Translations under genes and position numbers: made by a program
DNA from: an uncultured Chloroflexia bacterium
GTDB lineage: Bacteria; Chloroflexota; Limnocylindria; Limnocylindrales; CSP1-4
Length of the DNA stretch: 64,000 bases
Direction of reading: 5' to 3'
NCBI GenBank assembly: GCA_963752475.1
Contig: CAVVYR010000007.1
Coordinates: 480,001-544,000 of the forward strand
The notes under the pieces: generated by a model
Databases searched by the model: none
The model's input: only the letters and a program-made list of their open reading frames with translations
What the model was told of the DNA's origin: nothing
Part shown: in pieces, positions 36,775 through 45,740 of the stretch
Numbering within the stretch: position 1 is the first letter of the stretch
Layout: every line of letters starts with the position of its first letter

Positions 36775-38469
36775 CTAGACCGGCTCGACCGTCAGGCCTT
36801 CACCAGCCTCCTCGATCTCGTCGACGCCCTCGCCGGTGCGGGCACGGGACCGCGTCGGTAGCGGCACCTCGCGCAGTGGCAGCAGGACCACGAAGGCCAC
36901 GGCCACCGCGCCGATGCCGATCCAGAAGACGTCGCCCGTGGCGACGCTCACGGCCTCGTGGACGCCCTCGACGATGGCACCGAGCCAGGGCTCGAGGGTG
37001 GCGCGGGCATCGGCCGGTAGGGCGGCCAGGAGGGACGCCCCGAGGTCATCGACGGCCGTGGTCTCATCGGAGCCGATGGCGGTTCCGCCTTCGGTCAGAC
37101 CGACCACGAGCTCGCCGGGCACGCCGGCCTCGCGGAGCTGTCCGGGCAGGCGGTCGTCGAAGACGCCCGTGAACCACGAGCCCGCGATGGCCAGCCAGAT
37201 CGAGGCGCCCAGCTGGCGGAACGTGGTCAGCGAGCTGGTGGCCGTGCCCATCGTCTCGGGCGGCGAGGTCGACTGGACGACTGCCGTCAGGATCGACGTG
37301 ATGGGTCCCAGCCCGATACCGGTGAGGAACATCGCGCCCCACACCAACGGCAGCTCGGAGTCGGCCTCCAGCCTGGTGAGCAAGACCATACCGGTGATGC
37401 CGGTGAGCATCGCGCCGAGCAGGAGCATCTTCCATCGTCCCGTTCGCGCCACCAACATGCCGCCGGCGATGGCGCCCACGATGAGGCCGCCCAACAGCGT
37501 CATGATCTGCCAGCCGGATTCGGTCGCGCTCGCGCCGTGGACCAGCTGGAAGTAGCGCGGCAGGAAGACCACGCCGATGAAGAGGCCCGCGACCGAGAGG
37601 AAGACCACTGCGCTCGCGACCGCGAACGTGCGCTCAGCGAAGAGCCGCACGGGCACGATGGGGTCCTCCGCGTAGGCCTCGATGATGAGGAAGACTAGCC
37701 CGATCGCGAGGCCGAGGATCATGAAGCCGCCAACGTCGAGATCGGTGAGCGAACCGGTGGGCAGGTTGCGCACACCGACGAGGAAGGGCACGACCGCAAG
37801 CACGAACGTGACCACACCCGCGACATCGAAGCGCTTGACCGGGGCGTCTGTGCGCAAAGACGGCATCAGCCGCCAGATCACGAGCAACGACGCAAGGCTG
37901 ATGGGCAGGTTGATCCAGAAGACCCAACGCCAGCCGATGGTGTCGGTGAAGACCCCGCCGAGCGTGGGGCCGATGAGGAACGCCAGCACGAAGAGCGAGC
38001 CGAAGAGCGCCTGCACCCGGGCTCGTTCAGCCGCGGGGTAGAGATCACCGATGACGGCCAGCGTCACCGGCACGATGGCCCCGGCGCCGACGCCCTGCAG
38101 TCCACGGAAGAGGACGAGTTGCCACATCTCGGCCGCCAGCCCACAGAGGACGGAGCCGATGACGAAAAGGGTCGCGCCGGCGAAGATCACCGGCTTACGT
38201 CCGATGCGGTCGGAGAGCGAACCGAAGATCGGCATCGTCGCCGTCATCGTGAGCAGGTAGATGGTGAAGATCCAGGTGTAGAGGTCGCTGTTCCCGACAT
38301 CGGCCACGATGCGGGGGAGGGCGGTACCGACCGCCGTCGAGTCGAGCGAGGCGGCCAGCAGGATGAGTGCGAGGCTGACCATCACGCCGCGAACGGCCGC
38401 GGCTGACAGGTCGTGGTGGGGTCGATCCGGCTCGGTCGGCCGAGTCGTCGAAACGGGACGGGGTCCCAT
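36775..38469 (-). CDS. DHA2 (EmrB/QacA-type, 14-TM) MFS efflux transporter
   Basis: LDSTAVGTALP, GSLSDRIGRK, FRGLQGVG, GPTLGG, WRWVFWINLP. Confidence 0.93.
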   Translation of the reverse strand: MGPRPVSTTRPTEPDRPHHDLSAAAVRGVMVSLALILLAASLDSTAVGTALPRIVADVGNSDLYTWIFTIYLLTMTATMPIFGSLSDRIGRKPVIFAGATLFVIGSVLCGLAAEMWQLVLFRGLQGVGAGAIVPVTLAVIGDLYPAAERARVQALFGSLFVLAFLIGPTLGGVFTDTIGWRWVFWINLPISLASLLVIWRLMPSLRTDAPVKRFDVAGVVTFVLAVVPFLVGVRNLPTGSLTDLDVGGFMILGLAIGLVFLIIEAYAEDPIVPVRLFAERTFAVASAVVFLSVAGLFIGVVFLPRYFQLVHGASATESGWQIMTLLGGLIVGAIAGGMLVARTGRWKMLLLGAMLTGITGMVLLTRLEADSELPLVWGAMFLTGIGLGPITSILTAVVQSTSPPETMGTATSSLTTFRQLGASIWLAIAGSWFTGVFDDRLPGQLREAGVPGELVVGLTEGGTAIGSDETTAVDDLGASLLAALPADARATLEPWLGAIVEGVHEAVSVATGDVFWIGIGAVAVAFVVLLPLREVPLPTRSRARTGEGVDEIEEAGEGLTVEPV

Positions 38470-38505
38470 CGGTCATCTCCTCAGGGTGAATACAACTGCC
38501 CCAGA

Positions 38506-38563
38506 GTGACACTCGGTGTCACATCCGGGATAGTGCCAAGTGGCACATAGTGCCATTTGACAC
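38506..38563. promoter_or_regulatory. Candidate TetR operators between divergent MFS and tetR genes
   Basis: GTGACAC-TCG-GTGTCAC (38506-22), GTGCCA-AG-TGGCAC (38533-46), GTGCCA-TT-TGACAC (38550-63). Confidence 0.7.
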
Positions 38564-38591
38564 CGTGAGACGCGTAGAGCATGCTGCACCC

Positions 38592-39230
38592 ATGGACCCA
38601 CTCCCTCAGGGGTTGCGTGAACGCAAGAAGCGCCAGACGCGCATCGATCTCGCCCGAGCGGCCATGGCGCTGTTCGAGCAGCACGGCTACGACGCGGTCA
38701 CGGTCGACGACATCGCGGCTGCTGCCAACGTTTCGCGGCGCACGTTCTTCCGCTATTTCGATACGAAGGACGACGTGATCGCCGTCGATCCCGAGGGCAA
38801 GCTCGCGGCCATGCGCATCGCCCTGCGTGACGGTCCACCGGAGGAGCCGACCCTCGACGCCCTGCGCCGTGGGGCGTTGGCGATGATGGCCGCCTACTGG
38901 GATCCGGAGCTCTCGCGGACCATCATCAGGCTGTTGGAGCAAGAACCGAAGATGATGGCTGCGGCGATGGCCTTCCAGGTGCGCTACATCGGATCGCTCG
39001 CCCACGAGCTGGCCATCGACATGGAGACCGACGAGCGGCTCGATCCGCGTCCGCGGATCCTGGCGCACACGGCGGTGACGATGATGCGTGCCGCGGTCGC
39101 GGGCTGGCTGGCCGATGACTCCGGCGGTGATCCCGGCGAGCGGGCGGAGCTGGCCTTCGAGCAGGGAAGGCCAGCGCTGGAGGCGATCCTGGCGCTGCCG
39201 ACGGAGCAGCCGAGGGCCTCGGCCGCGTAG
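38592..39230 (+). CDS. TetR/AcrR family transcriptional regulator
   Basis: GLRERKKRQTR..GYDAVTVDDIAAAANVSRRTFFRYF..KDD. Confidence 0.95.
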   Translation: MDPLPQGLRERKKRQTRIDLARAAMALFEQHGYDAVTVDDIAAAANVSRRTFFRYFDTKDDVIAVDPEGKLAAMRIALRDGPPEEPTLDALRRGALAMMAAYWDPELSRTIIRLLEQEPKMMAAAMAFQVRYIGSLAHELAIDMETDERLDPRPRILAHTAVTMMRAAVAGWLADDSGGDPGERAELAFEQGRPALEAILALPTEQPRASAA

Positions 39231-39348
39231 CCCCGGAGGGTCGTTGCCTCGACGCACCAGTGGCCCGGTGCATACGGGCACCGCAGCGGTGACGATGGTG
39301 AATCCGGGCTCGGCGATGCTCTTCGGCGGGTCGTGTCACGATTCGGGC

Positions 39349-40614
39349 ATGAGCGACGATCGAACCCGACACGAATGGGACCTGCGCGTGCCCACCGCCG
39401 AGCAGCTGAAGCCGTGGATGGCACCGACACAGATGGCCTTCGCCGAGGCCACGAGCGGCCCGGAGGTCGACGACTGGGCCAAGCTCATCGAGCCCGATCG
39501 ATGGCTGGGCGCCTTCGAGGACCCCGAGAGCGATGTGCCGGTCGGTGCGGCTACCGCACTCAGCGTGCGCCTGACCGTGCCCGGTGGGGAGGTCCCCGCC
39601 GCTGCCATCACGGCCGTTGGTGTCCGGCCTGACCACCGGCGTCGCGGCGTGCTGAGCGCACTGATGCGGCGCCAGCTTGACGACGTCCACGCGGGTGCAG
39701 AGCCGGTAGCCATCCTGTGGGCCTCGGAGGGCGCCATCTACCAGCGCTTCGGCTACGGCCTTGCCACCTTCGACGGTGGCTTCGAGGCGGCCGCTCCCCG
39801 CACCGCCTTCACGCGTGGGCCAGCACCCGAGGGCCGCGTTTGCATGGTCACCGAGGAGGAGTCGCGCCGTCTCTTCCCGCCCGTCTACGAGGCCATGCGC
39901 ACGAGCACGCCCGGCGCTATCACTCGCAGCGAGGACTGGTGGAACATCGGCGTCCTGGCCGACCCGGAGTACAGCCGGCAGGGCATGAGCGAGAAGTACC
40001 GGGTCGTGTATGAGGCCGAGGGCAAGGCCGAGGGCTACGCCATCTATCGTGTCAAGCAGGACTGGGACCACCTCGGCCCGAAAGGGATGCTGGAGGTGCG
40101 CGACGCGGTGGCCACGACGCCACGGGCGCAGCGCGCGATCTGGCGGTATCTCTTCGACGTCGACCTGGTCAAGACGGTCAAGGCGCGTCACGTGGCCGTG
40201 CCGAACCCGCTCCAGCACATGCTGGCTGAGCCGCGAGCGCTCGGCTTCAACATCTCCGACGGCATCTGGGCCCGACTGGTGGACCTGCCCGAGGCGCTGC
40301 GGGCGCGCCGGTACACCACGACGGATGAACTGGTGATCGAGGTTGCGGATCGCTATTGCCCCTGGAATGAGGGTCGCTGGCGCATCCGGACGAACGGCAA
40401 GCCCGGCGAGGCGGAGGCGAGCGTCGAGACCACGACCGATCCCGCAGATCTGGCGCTCGACACGACCGACCTGGCCGCGGCCTACCTCGGGGGAGCGAGA
40501 ATGCTCGACCTCGCCGCGGCGGGTCGTATCGAGGAGCTCACTGCCGGCGCCGTCGCTCGAGCCCACGCGCTCTTGACTGCGGGCCGCGAGCCCTGGTGCA
40601 ACACCATGTTCTAG
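39349..40614 (+). CDS. Eis-like GNAT N-acetyltransferase with sterol-carrier-like C-domain
   Basis: VGVRPDHRRRG, LWASEGAIYQRFGYG, WARLVD...AL.AR.Y, D..CPWN.G. Confidence 0.9.
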   Translation: MSDDRTRHEWDLRVPTAEQLKPWMAPTQMAFAEATSGPEVDDWAKLIEPDRWLGAFEDPESDVPVGAATALSVRLTVPGGEVPAAAITAVGVRPDHRRRGVLSALMRRQLDDVHAGAEPVAILWASEGAIYQRFGYGLATFDGGFEAAAPRTAFTRGPAPEGRVCMVTEEESRRLFPPVYEAMRTSTPGAITRSEDWWNIGVLADPEYSRQGMSEKYRVVYEAEGKAEGYAIYRVKQDWDHLGPKGMLEVRDAVATTPRAQRAIWRYLFDVDLVKTVKARHVAVPNPLQHMLAEPRALGFNISDGIWARLVDLPEALRARRYTTTDELVIEVADRYCPWNEGRWRIRTNGKPGEAEASVETTTDPADLALDTTDLAAAYLGGARMLDLAAAGRIEELTAGAVARAHALLTAGREPWCNTMF

Positions 40615-40649
40615 AGCGGGCGATCCCTGGTCCGCGTGCTATCCTTCAT

Positions 40650-40727
40650 CGGTCCTTTCAGTTCCGCCGTGGGGCGACCACGCCCGGCACACGAGCGGGA
40701 CGAACCCGTTGGGAGGAGTGAACGCCT
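40650..40727 (+). promoter_or_regulatory. Structured rpsF leader (possible S6:S18 autoregulatory element)
   Basis: CCTTTCAG can pair with TTGGGAGG (SD); internal hairpins CGTGG/CCACG and AGCGGG/CCCGTT; expected position. Confidence 0.35.
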
Positions 40728-41198
40728 ATGCGTCGCTACGAACTCATGCTGGTCCTGCGGCCGGATACCGCCGATGACCGCGTCCAGCAGATCCTCGACC
40801 GAACCACCCGTGGCATCGCTGCGGGCGACGGCCAGATCGTCAAGGTCAGCCCCTGGGGCCGCCGCCGCCTTGCCTATCCCATCTCGGGCTACCGCGAGGG
40901 TTCCTACTTCATCGTCGTCTTCGACGCGCCCAGCGAAGCCATCGACGAGCTCGAGCGCAGCCTGAACATCACCGAAGAGGTCATGCGGCACCTCGTCACG
41001 CGCATCGAGCGCCCAGCTCCCCGTCGTCCCGAGAAGGCTGACGAGGAGGCTGCGGAGGCCGAGGCTGAGGCCGAGGCCGAGCCCGAAGAGGCCGAGTCGG
41101 CCGACACGGACGATGCGCCGCCGGTCGACGATGAGCCTGAGCTCGAGGGCGAGATCATCGACGAGTCCGAGAGCGAAGCCGCACCCAAGGCCGTCTAG
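40728..41198 (+). CDS. rpsF: 30S ribosomal protein S6 with acidic C-terminal tail
   Basis: MRRYELMLVLRP, WGRRRLAYPI. Confidence 0.97.
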   Translation: MRRYELMLVLRPDTADDRVQQILDRTTRGIAAGDGQIVKVSPWGRRRLAYPISGYREGSYFIVVFDAPSEAIDELERSLNITEEVMRHLVTRIERPAPRRPEKADEEAAEAEAEAEAEPEEAESADTDDAPPVDDEPELEGEIIDESESEAAPKAV

Positions 41199-41222
41199 GA
41201 CGTCCCTCCAGGGAGGATCAGC

Positions 41223-41729
41223 ATGTCGCTGAACAAGTGCATGATCATCGGCAACCTCGGCCGAGATCCCGAGATGCGCTACACGCCCAGCGGGCAGGCC
41301 GTCACGCAGTTCAGCGTGGCCACCAACCGCAACTTCCGCGATCCGCAGGGCGAGTGGCAGAGCGAGACCGAGTGGTTCCGCGTCGTCGTCTGGGGTGACC
41401 AGGGCGAGCGCGTGGCCGAGTACCTGCGCAAGGGTCACAAGGTCTACGTGGAGGGTCGCATCCAGACCCGCCAGTGGGAAGACCAGAGTGGCAACAAGCG
41501 CTACACGACCGAGCTCATCGCCAACCGCGCAACGTCGCTCGAGCGACGCGATCGTGATGGCGAGCCGCCGTTCCCGGGCGACACCTCGGCTGGTGGCTCG
41601 AGCTCGGGCTCGGGCGGCTCCGGCAGCGCCCAGAGTGGCTCCGGCAGCGCCCAGAGTGGCTCCGGCTCCAGCTCATCGTCCTCCGGCACGACCAGCTCGG
41701 CCGAGGATTTCGACGACCTTCCCTTCTAG
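41223..41729 (+). CDS. ssb: Single-stranded DNA-binding protein
   Basis: LNKCMIIGNLGRDPE, KGHKVYVEGR, C-terminal DDLPF. Confidence 0.98.
   Translation: MSLNKCMIIGNLGRDPEMRYTPSGQAVTQFSVATNRNFRDPQGEWQSETEWFRVVVWGDQGERVAEYLRKGHKVYVEGRIQTRQWEDQSGNKRYTTELIANRATSLERRDRDGEPPFPGDTSAGGSSSGSGGSGSAQSGSGSAQSGSGSSSSSSGTTSSAEDFDDLPF
41616..41666 (+). repeat. 21-nt in-frame tandem repeat in the ssb linker
   Basis: GGCTCCGGCAGCGCCCAGAGT x2 plus a partial copy (GSGSAQS). Confidence 0.85.
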
Positions 41730-41776
41730 CCCTACCCGGCTAGCGATACCGACACCGACGAGAAAGGAACCCGCCA

Positions 41777-42037
41777 ATGCCTCCTCGCAAGCGCCGCGAC
41801 GACTACTATCGCGACCGCCGTCGCCGCAAGGTCTGTGCCTTCTGCGCCGATAAGTCCAAGACCATCGACTACAAGGAGGTCAACCGCCTCCGCCGCTACA
41901 TCAGCGAGCGCGCCAAGATCGAGCCGCGTCGCAAGACCGGCACCTGTGCCCAGCACCAGCGTGCGCTGGCAGTGGCCCTGAAGCGCGCCCGCCACGTAGC
42001 TTTGCTGCCGTACGCGCCGCAGCACATGCGCCCGTAG
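41777..42037 (+). CDS. rpsR: 30S ribosomal protein S18 (Zn-binding form)
   Basis: [32 protein letters not shown]. Confidence 0.98.
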   Translation: MPPRKRRDDYYRDRRRRKVCAFCADKSKTIDYKEVNRLRRYISERAKIEPRRKTGTCAQHQRALAVALKRARHVALLPYAPQHMRP

Positions 42038-42079
42038 GCCTAGCCGCCGCTCGGCTTCCGCGCCGAGCTCGCCGCACGA

Positions 42080-42105
42080 ACGACCCGGTCGAGAGACCGG
42101 GTCGT
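42080..42105 (+). terminator. Hairpin ending the rpsF-ssb-rpsR operon
   Basis: ACGACCCGGTC-GAGA-GACCGGGTCGT, perfect 11-bp stem. Confidence 0.75.
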
Positions 42106-42112
42106 CTGCTAT

Positions 42113-42491
42113 CTGTCGGCCTGGCGCTACCTGCGAGCTGGGAGCTGACCGCGGACCCACCAGCGAGCGAACTGCAACCGCCAGCCTGCCGCTACCTGCG
42201 AGCTGGGTGCTGACCGCGGGCTCACGGCTACCCGCGAGCGAACTGCCGGCCTGCGACCCACGGCTCCCCGCGCGCGAACTGCGGCTGCCAGCCTGCCGCT
42301 ACCCACCAGCTGGGCCACTGGGCCAAGCGGTTCGCCAAGCGTCGCCGATCGACCCGGCGTGCAGGTAGATCGGCCAGGACCTGGCCGCCTGGCCCTGGTG
42401 GCGGGTCGGATGGCCAGCTGCTTGGCTGTGTCACCCGCTGCGCGTAGGAGGTGGTCGCTTCAGGACAGCTGCTTGGCCCGGTGACCCGCTG
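42113..42491. repeat. Intergenic mosaic of imperfect direct repeats
   Basis: CGCTACC..AGCTGGG x3, GCG(A/C)GCGAACTGC x3, CAGCTGCTTGGC-N6-ACCCGCTG x2. Confidence 0.75.
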
Positions 42492-42667
42492 ACTGGGTAG
42501 CTCGCTAGGTTCGAGGGCTCACGCGGGCCCTGAAGGCATCGACTGGTGGCGCCCGAGTGGCATCGCGGCGACCCTTCTACTCCGCGTTCCGCACCCACGG
42601 TGGCACCGCACGGGCGTCAAGACCAGCCCAGGTCGACGACGACGGCGCTCCGCGTATACTCCCGAGC

Positions 42668-43663
42668 ATGTTGGACCAGAAGCCCGCCCAGACCACGCCC
42701 GAGACCACTGCCGAATCCCAGGCTGCGCGCCCTGGCGCGCGCCCCCAGGACGCCACGGTATGTTGGTTCGAGGACGCGTGGACGCCGCTGGCGGAGGCCA
42801 AGGTCAGCGTGATGACCCACGCCTTCCTCTATGGCACGGCGGTCTTCGAAGGTATCCGCGCCTACTGGAATGCGGACGAGGAGCAGCTCTACCTGCTGAA
42901 GGCACGCGAACACTTCGAGCGCATCATCGACTCATCGAAGATCCTGATGATGGATCCGCACTACAGCGTCGACGAGATGGTCGACCTGACCGTCGAGCTG
43001 CTGCGCCAGAACCGCTATCGCGAGGACTGCTACGTCCGCGCCACGGTCTACAAGTCGGACGAGGCCATCGGCGTCAAGCTGCACGGCCTCGAGTCGAAGC
43101 TGAACCTGCTTTCGCTCCCATTCGGCGACTACATCTCCGTGGACGAGCCCATCAGCTGCGGCACCGTCTCGTGGCGCCGGACCGGGGACCTCAACATCCC
43201 CTCCCGCGCCAAGATCACCGGCTCCTATGTGAACCCGGCGTTCTCCAAGACGGAGGCCGCGCTCAACGGCCATGAGGAGGCCATCGTGCTTACGCATGAC
43301 GGCAAGGTCTCCGAAGGCAGTGCGGAGAACCTGTTCATGGTGCGCAAGGGCCAGTTCGTCACGCCCGGCGTGACCAACGACATCCTCGAGGGCATCACCC
43401 GGGCCGGCATCGTGGAGATCGCGCAGAAGGAGCTGGGCCTCGAGACGCTGGTGCGACCGATCGATCGCAGCGAGCTGTATGTGGCCGACGAGGTCTTCCT
43501 CTGTGGGACCGGCGGTCAGATCTCAGCAGTGGCGTCGATCGACCATCGGCCCATCGGGGACGGCGGCATCGGGCCCATCACGCAACGGATCATGGATACC
43601 TACTTCGCGGCCGTGAAGGGCCAGCGGGAGGACTATCGCGGCTGGGTCGTCCCGGTCTACTAG
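42668..43663 (+). CDS. ilvE: Branched-chain amino acid aminotransferase (class IV)
   Basis: YGTAVFEGIRAY, RAKITGSY, EGSAENLF, ILEGITR, ADEVFLCGT. Confidence 0.95.
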   Translation: MLDQKPAQTTPETTAESQAARPGARPQDATVCWFEDAWTPLAEAKVSVMTHAFLYGTAVFEGIRAYWNADEEQLYLLKAREHFERIIDSSKILMMDPHYSVDEMVDLTVELLRQNRYREDCYVRATVYKSDEAIGVKLHGLESKLNLLSLPFGDYISVDEPISCGTVSWRRTGDLNIPSRAKITGSYVNPAFSKTEAALNGHEEAIVLTHDGKVSEGSAENLFMVRKGQFVTPGVTNDILEGITRAGIVEIAQKELGLETLVRPIDRSELYVADEVFLCGTGGQISAVASIDHRPIGDGGIGPITQRIMDTYFAAVKGQREDYRGWVVPVY

Positions 43664-43720
43664 AACGGCATCACCGCGGTCGCGCTGCCGCCCGCCAAAC
43701 CGCCCCCAACGACGCTGGAG

Positions 43721-45634
43721 CTACGGCTTCAGCGACTTCGATCCGCTCCCCACGATGACGATGAAGTCGGCCTGAGAGTCGGGGTCGTCGATGCGCTCGA
43801 TCGTGCGCCCCTCGCTGTTCAGCGTGCTTCGGATCTTCTTGAACGTCTCCGGCATGGCTTCGTCGGCGCCGTTGTAGACACGGATCACGGTGCTCGTGAA
43901 GTCGTTGCCTTCCGCCTTCCCGCCGTTGACCGGGGGAACGATGGCGTCCATGCCCTTGCGGCTGAGGTTGGAGGCGGCGTCGATGGCCTTGGCGTTCTTG
44001 CCGCCCTGGCCGTTGAGCACGTAGACGATGGCCTCTTCGTCGCGGATCCTGTTGATCTCCCGCTGCTTGCCCTTGGGCGTGCTGAAGATGTTCTTCACCG
44101 CGGACTTGATGGCGGCCGGCTTAGCCTTGAGCATCCACAGGCCGGAGCTGCCGCAGGGGTAGCACTCGCTCACGTACCTGACGCTGCTGAGCACGAGGTT
44201 CTCGCGACCGTCGAGATCCAGGTCCTGGGCCAGCGTCAGCATCTTGGGCACGAGCTTGGGCGGGATGTTGGTCTTGACGTCCTTGGACAGCTGGTTGATG
44301 AGCTCGGTGATGCGCGAGGGGTTGCCGAGGAGCTCGCCGATGTCCGTCTGGTCGCGGACCGAGGTGATGACGCGCTGCTGGCGAGCGGAGCGATCGAAGT
44401 CCGACGAGCCATGGCGTGAGCGCGCGTAGGCGAGGGCCTCCTGGCCGTTCATCGTGGTCATGCCCGGCGGCACGTAGAGCTTGAGCTTGCCACGCCCGTC
44501 ACCGGTCGAGTAGGAGGTGTCCATGACCGGCAGCTGCACGTCCACGACGACACCATCGAGCGTGTTCACGACCGAGCGGAAGCTGTTGAGGTCGACGGCC
44601 ATGTAGTACTTGATATCCAGCCCGTACAGCTCGCCCAGCGTGCCCATGAGCGCCTTGTAGCCGCGCTGCTTGTCATTGCCGGGGAAGAGGTCCGAGCGCG
44701 AGCGCGCCACGGTGTAGAGCGTGTTGATCTTGTTGTTCCACTTGCCGCCGAGCGCGTTGTGGGCGGGCCACTCCCTGGGCAGCGGGATGTTGCTCGCGTC
44801 TCGCGGCAGTGAGATGAAGGCCAGCCGTCCCGTCGTGGGGTCGATGCTGATGGTGATCATCGTGTCCGTCAGCAGGCTGGCGTTGTTGATGCCCTGGCGT
44901 CCGCCGTCCTGGCCGATGAGCAGGATGTTGAGGCGGTCCTTGCCGTCCCAATCGGCCGTCTTGGGCGTCGCGGTGGGCTCTTCGGTCGCTTCGGGCGTGG
45001 GCTCTGGGGTCGCTTCGTCCGTCGGCTCCTCGGTCGGTTCGTCCGTCGCGCCATCGGTGGCGTCCGGGCCCTCCGTCGCCCTCGGGTCGGGCGTCTCCTG
45101 TTGGGACAGCTCCTCCGTGATCAGTTCGAAGTCCTCACCGCCGAGCTCGACGAGCTCCTCCGCCGCGATGACCTCGCTGTCATCACCGGCGTTGCCTTCC
45201 AGCGCGGCGTAGAGGTCCGTCGCGTACATCACCGGGCGGGCGATGGCGATATGGCTGGCGACCAGCACCACCACCAACGCGACCAGACCGGCGGTGGAGA
45301 GGATGCGTGTGGAGCCGTTGCCGATGCTCCTGTCGGTGGCCAGGCGATACGCGTCGAGGACCGCGACGAGGCGGTAGATGAGGTCGAAGACGAGGAAGAC
45401 CAGGACGAAGGTGAGGAAGTCCGGGTCGACCACCTGCTCGATGAGCTCGTCGCGCGTGTAGCTGAGTGCGAGACCCGCGCTCGCGGCGATGCCGAAGATG
45501 GGCAACGCCGCCCACAGCAACGCCCTCAGCCAGCGATGCAGATAGGCATGGCCGAGGCCGGGGAAGATGAACGAGAGGAACGCCGCGGCGAATGCGCTTC
45601 GCCTTGGACGCACGGCTACGTCTGCTGGGGCCAC
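43721..45634 (-). CDS. LCP (LytR-CpsA-Psr) family protein with N-terminal TMs and LytR C-terminal-like domain
   Basis: LNILLIGQD, TDTM, SLPRD, KINT, ALAYARSRH, SDFDRSARQQ; C-terminal VYVLNG..FIVIVG. Confidence 0.92.
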   Translation of the reverse strand: MAPADVAVRPRRSAFAAAFLSFIFPGLGHAYLHRWLRALLWAALPIFGIAASAGLALSYTRDELIEQVVDPDFLTFVLVFLVFDLIYRLVAVLDAYRLATDRSIGNGSTRILSTAGLVALVVVLVASHIAIARPVMYATDLYAALEGNAGDDSEVIAAEELVELGGEDFELITEELSQQETPDPRATEGPDATDGATDEPTEEPTDEATPEPTPEATEEPTATPKTADWDGKDRLNILLIGQDGGRQGINNASLLTDTMITISIDPTTGRLAFISLPRDASNIPLPREWPAHNALGGKWNNKINTLYTVARSRSDLFPGNDKQRGYKALMGTLGELYGLDIKYYMAVDLNSFRSVVNTLDGVVVDVQLPVMDTSYSTGDGRGKLKLYVPPGMTTMNGQEALAYARSRHGSSDFDRSARQQRVITSVRDQTDIGELLGNPSRITELINQLSKDVKTNIPPKLVPKMLTLAQDLDLDGRENLVLSSVRYVSECYPCGSSGLWMLKAKPAAIKSAVKNIFSTPKGKQREINRIRDEEAIVYVLNGQGGKNAKAIDAASNLSRKGMDAIVPPVNGGKAEGNDFTSTVIRVYNGADEAMPETFKKIRSTLNSEGRTIERIDDPDSQADFIVIVGSGSKSLKP

Positions 45635-45740
45635 GTCGGGCATCGTAGCCGCTCTTCTCGAAACCCGCCCATGCGCGACATGGTGGTGCGTCGGGGCACC
45701 ACCCGGTGCTGGTTGGCGCTCGGCTAGACTGGGCCGACCG

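Noticed and set aside
42113-42320. Possible CRISPR array
   Set aside because: Repeats are degenerate, irregularly spaced and lack unique spacers; no cas genes in the window
45644-45740. T-box leader for ileS
   Set aside because: Gap is under 100 nt, holds divergent -10 boxes and has no T-box motif
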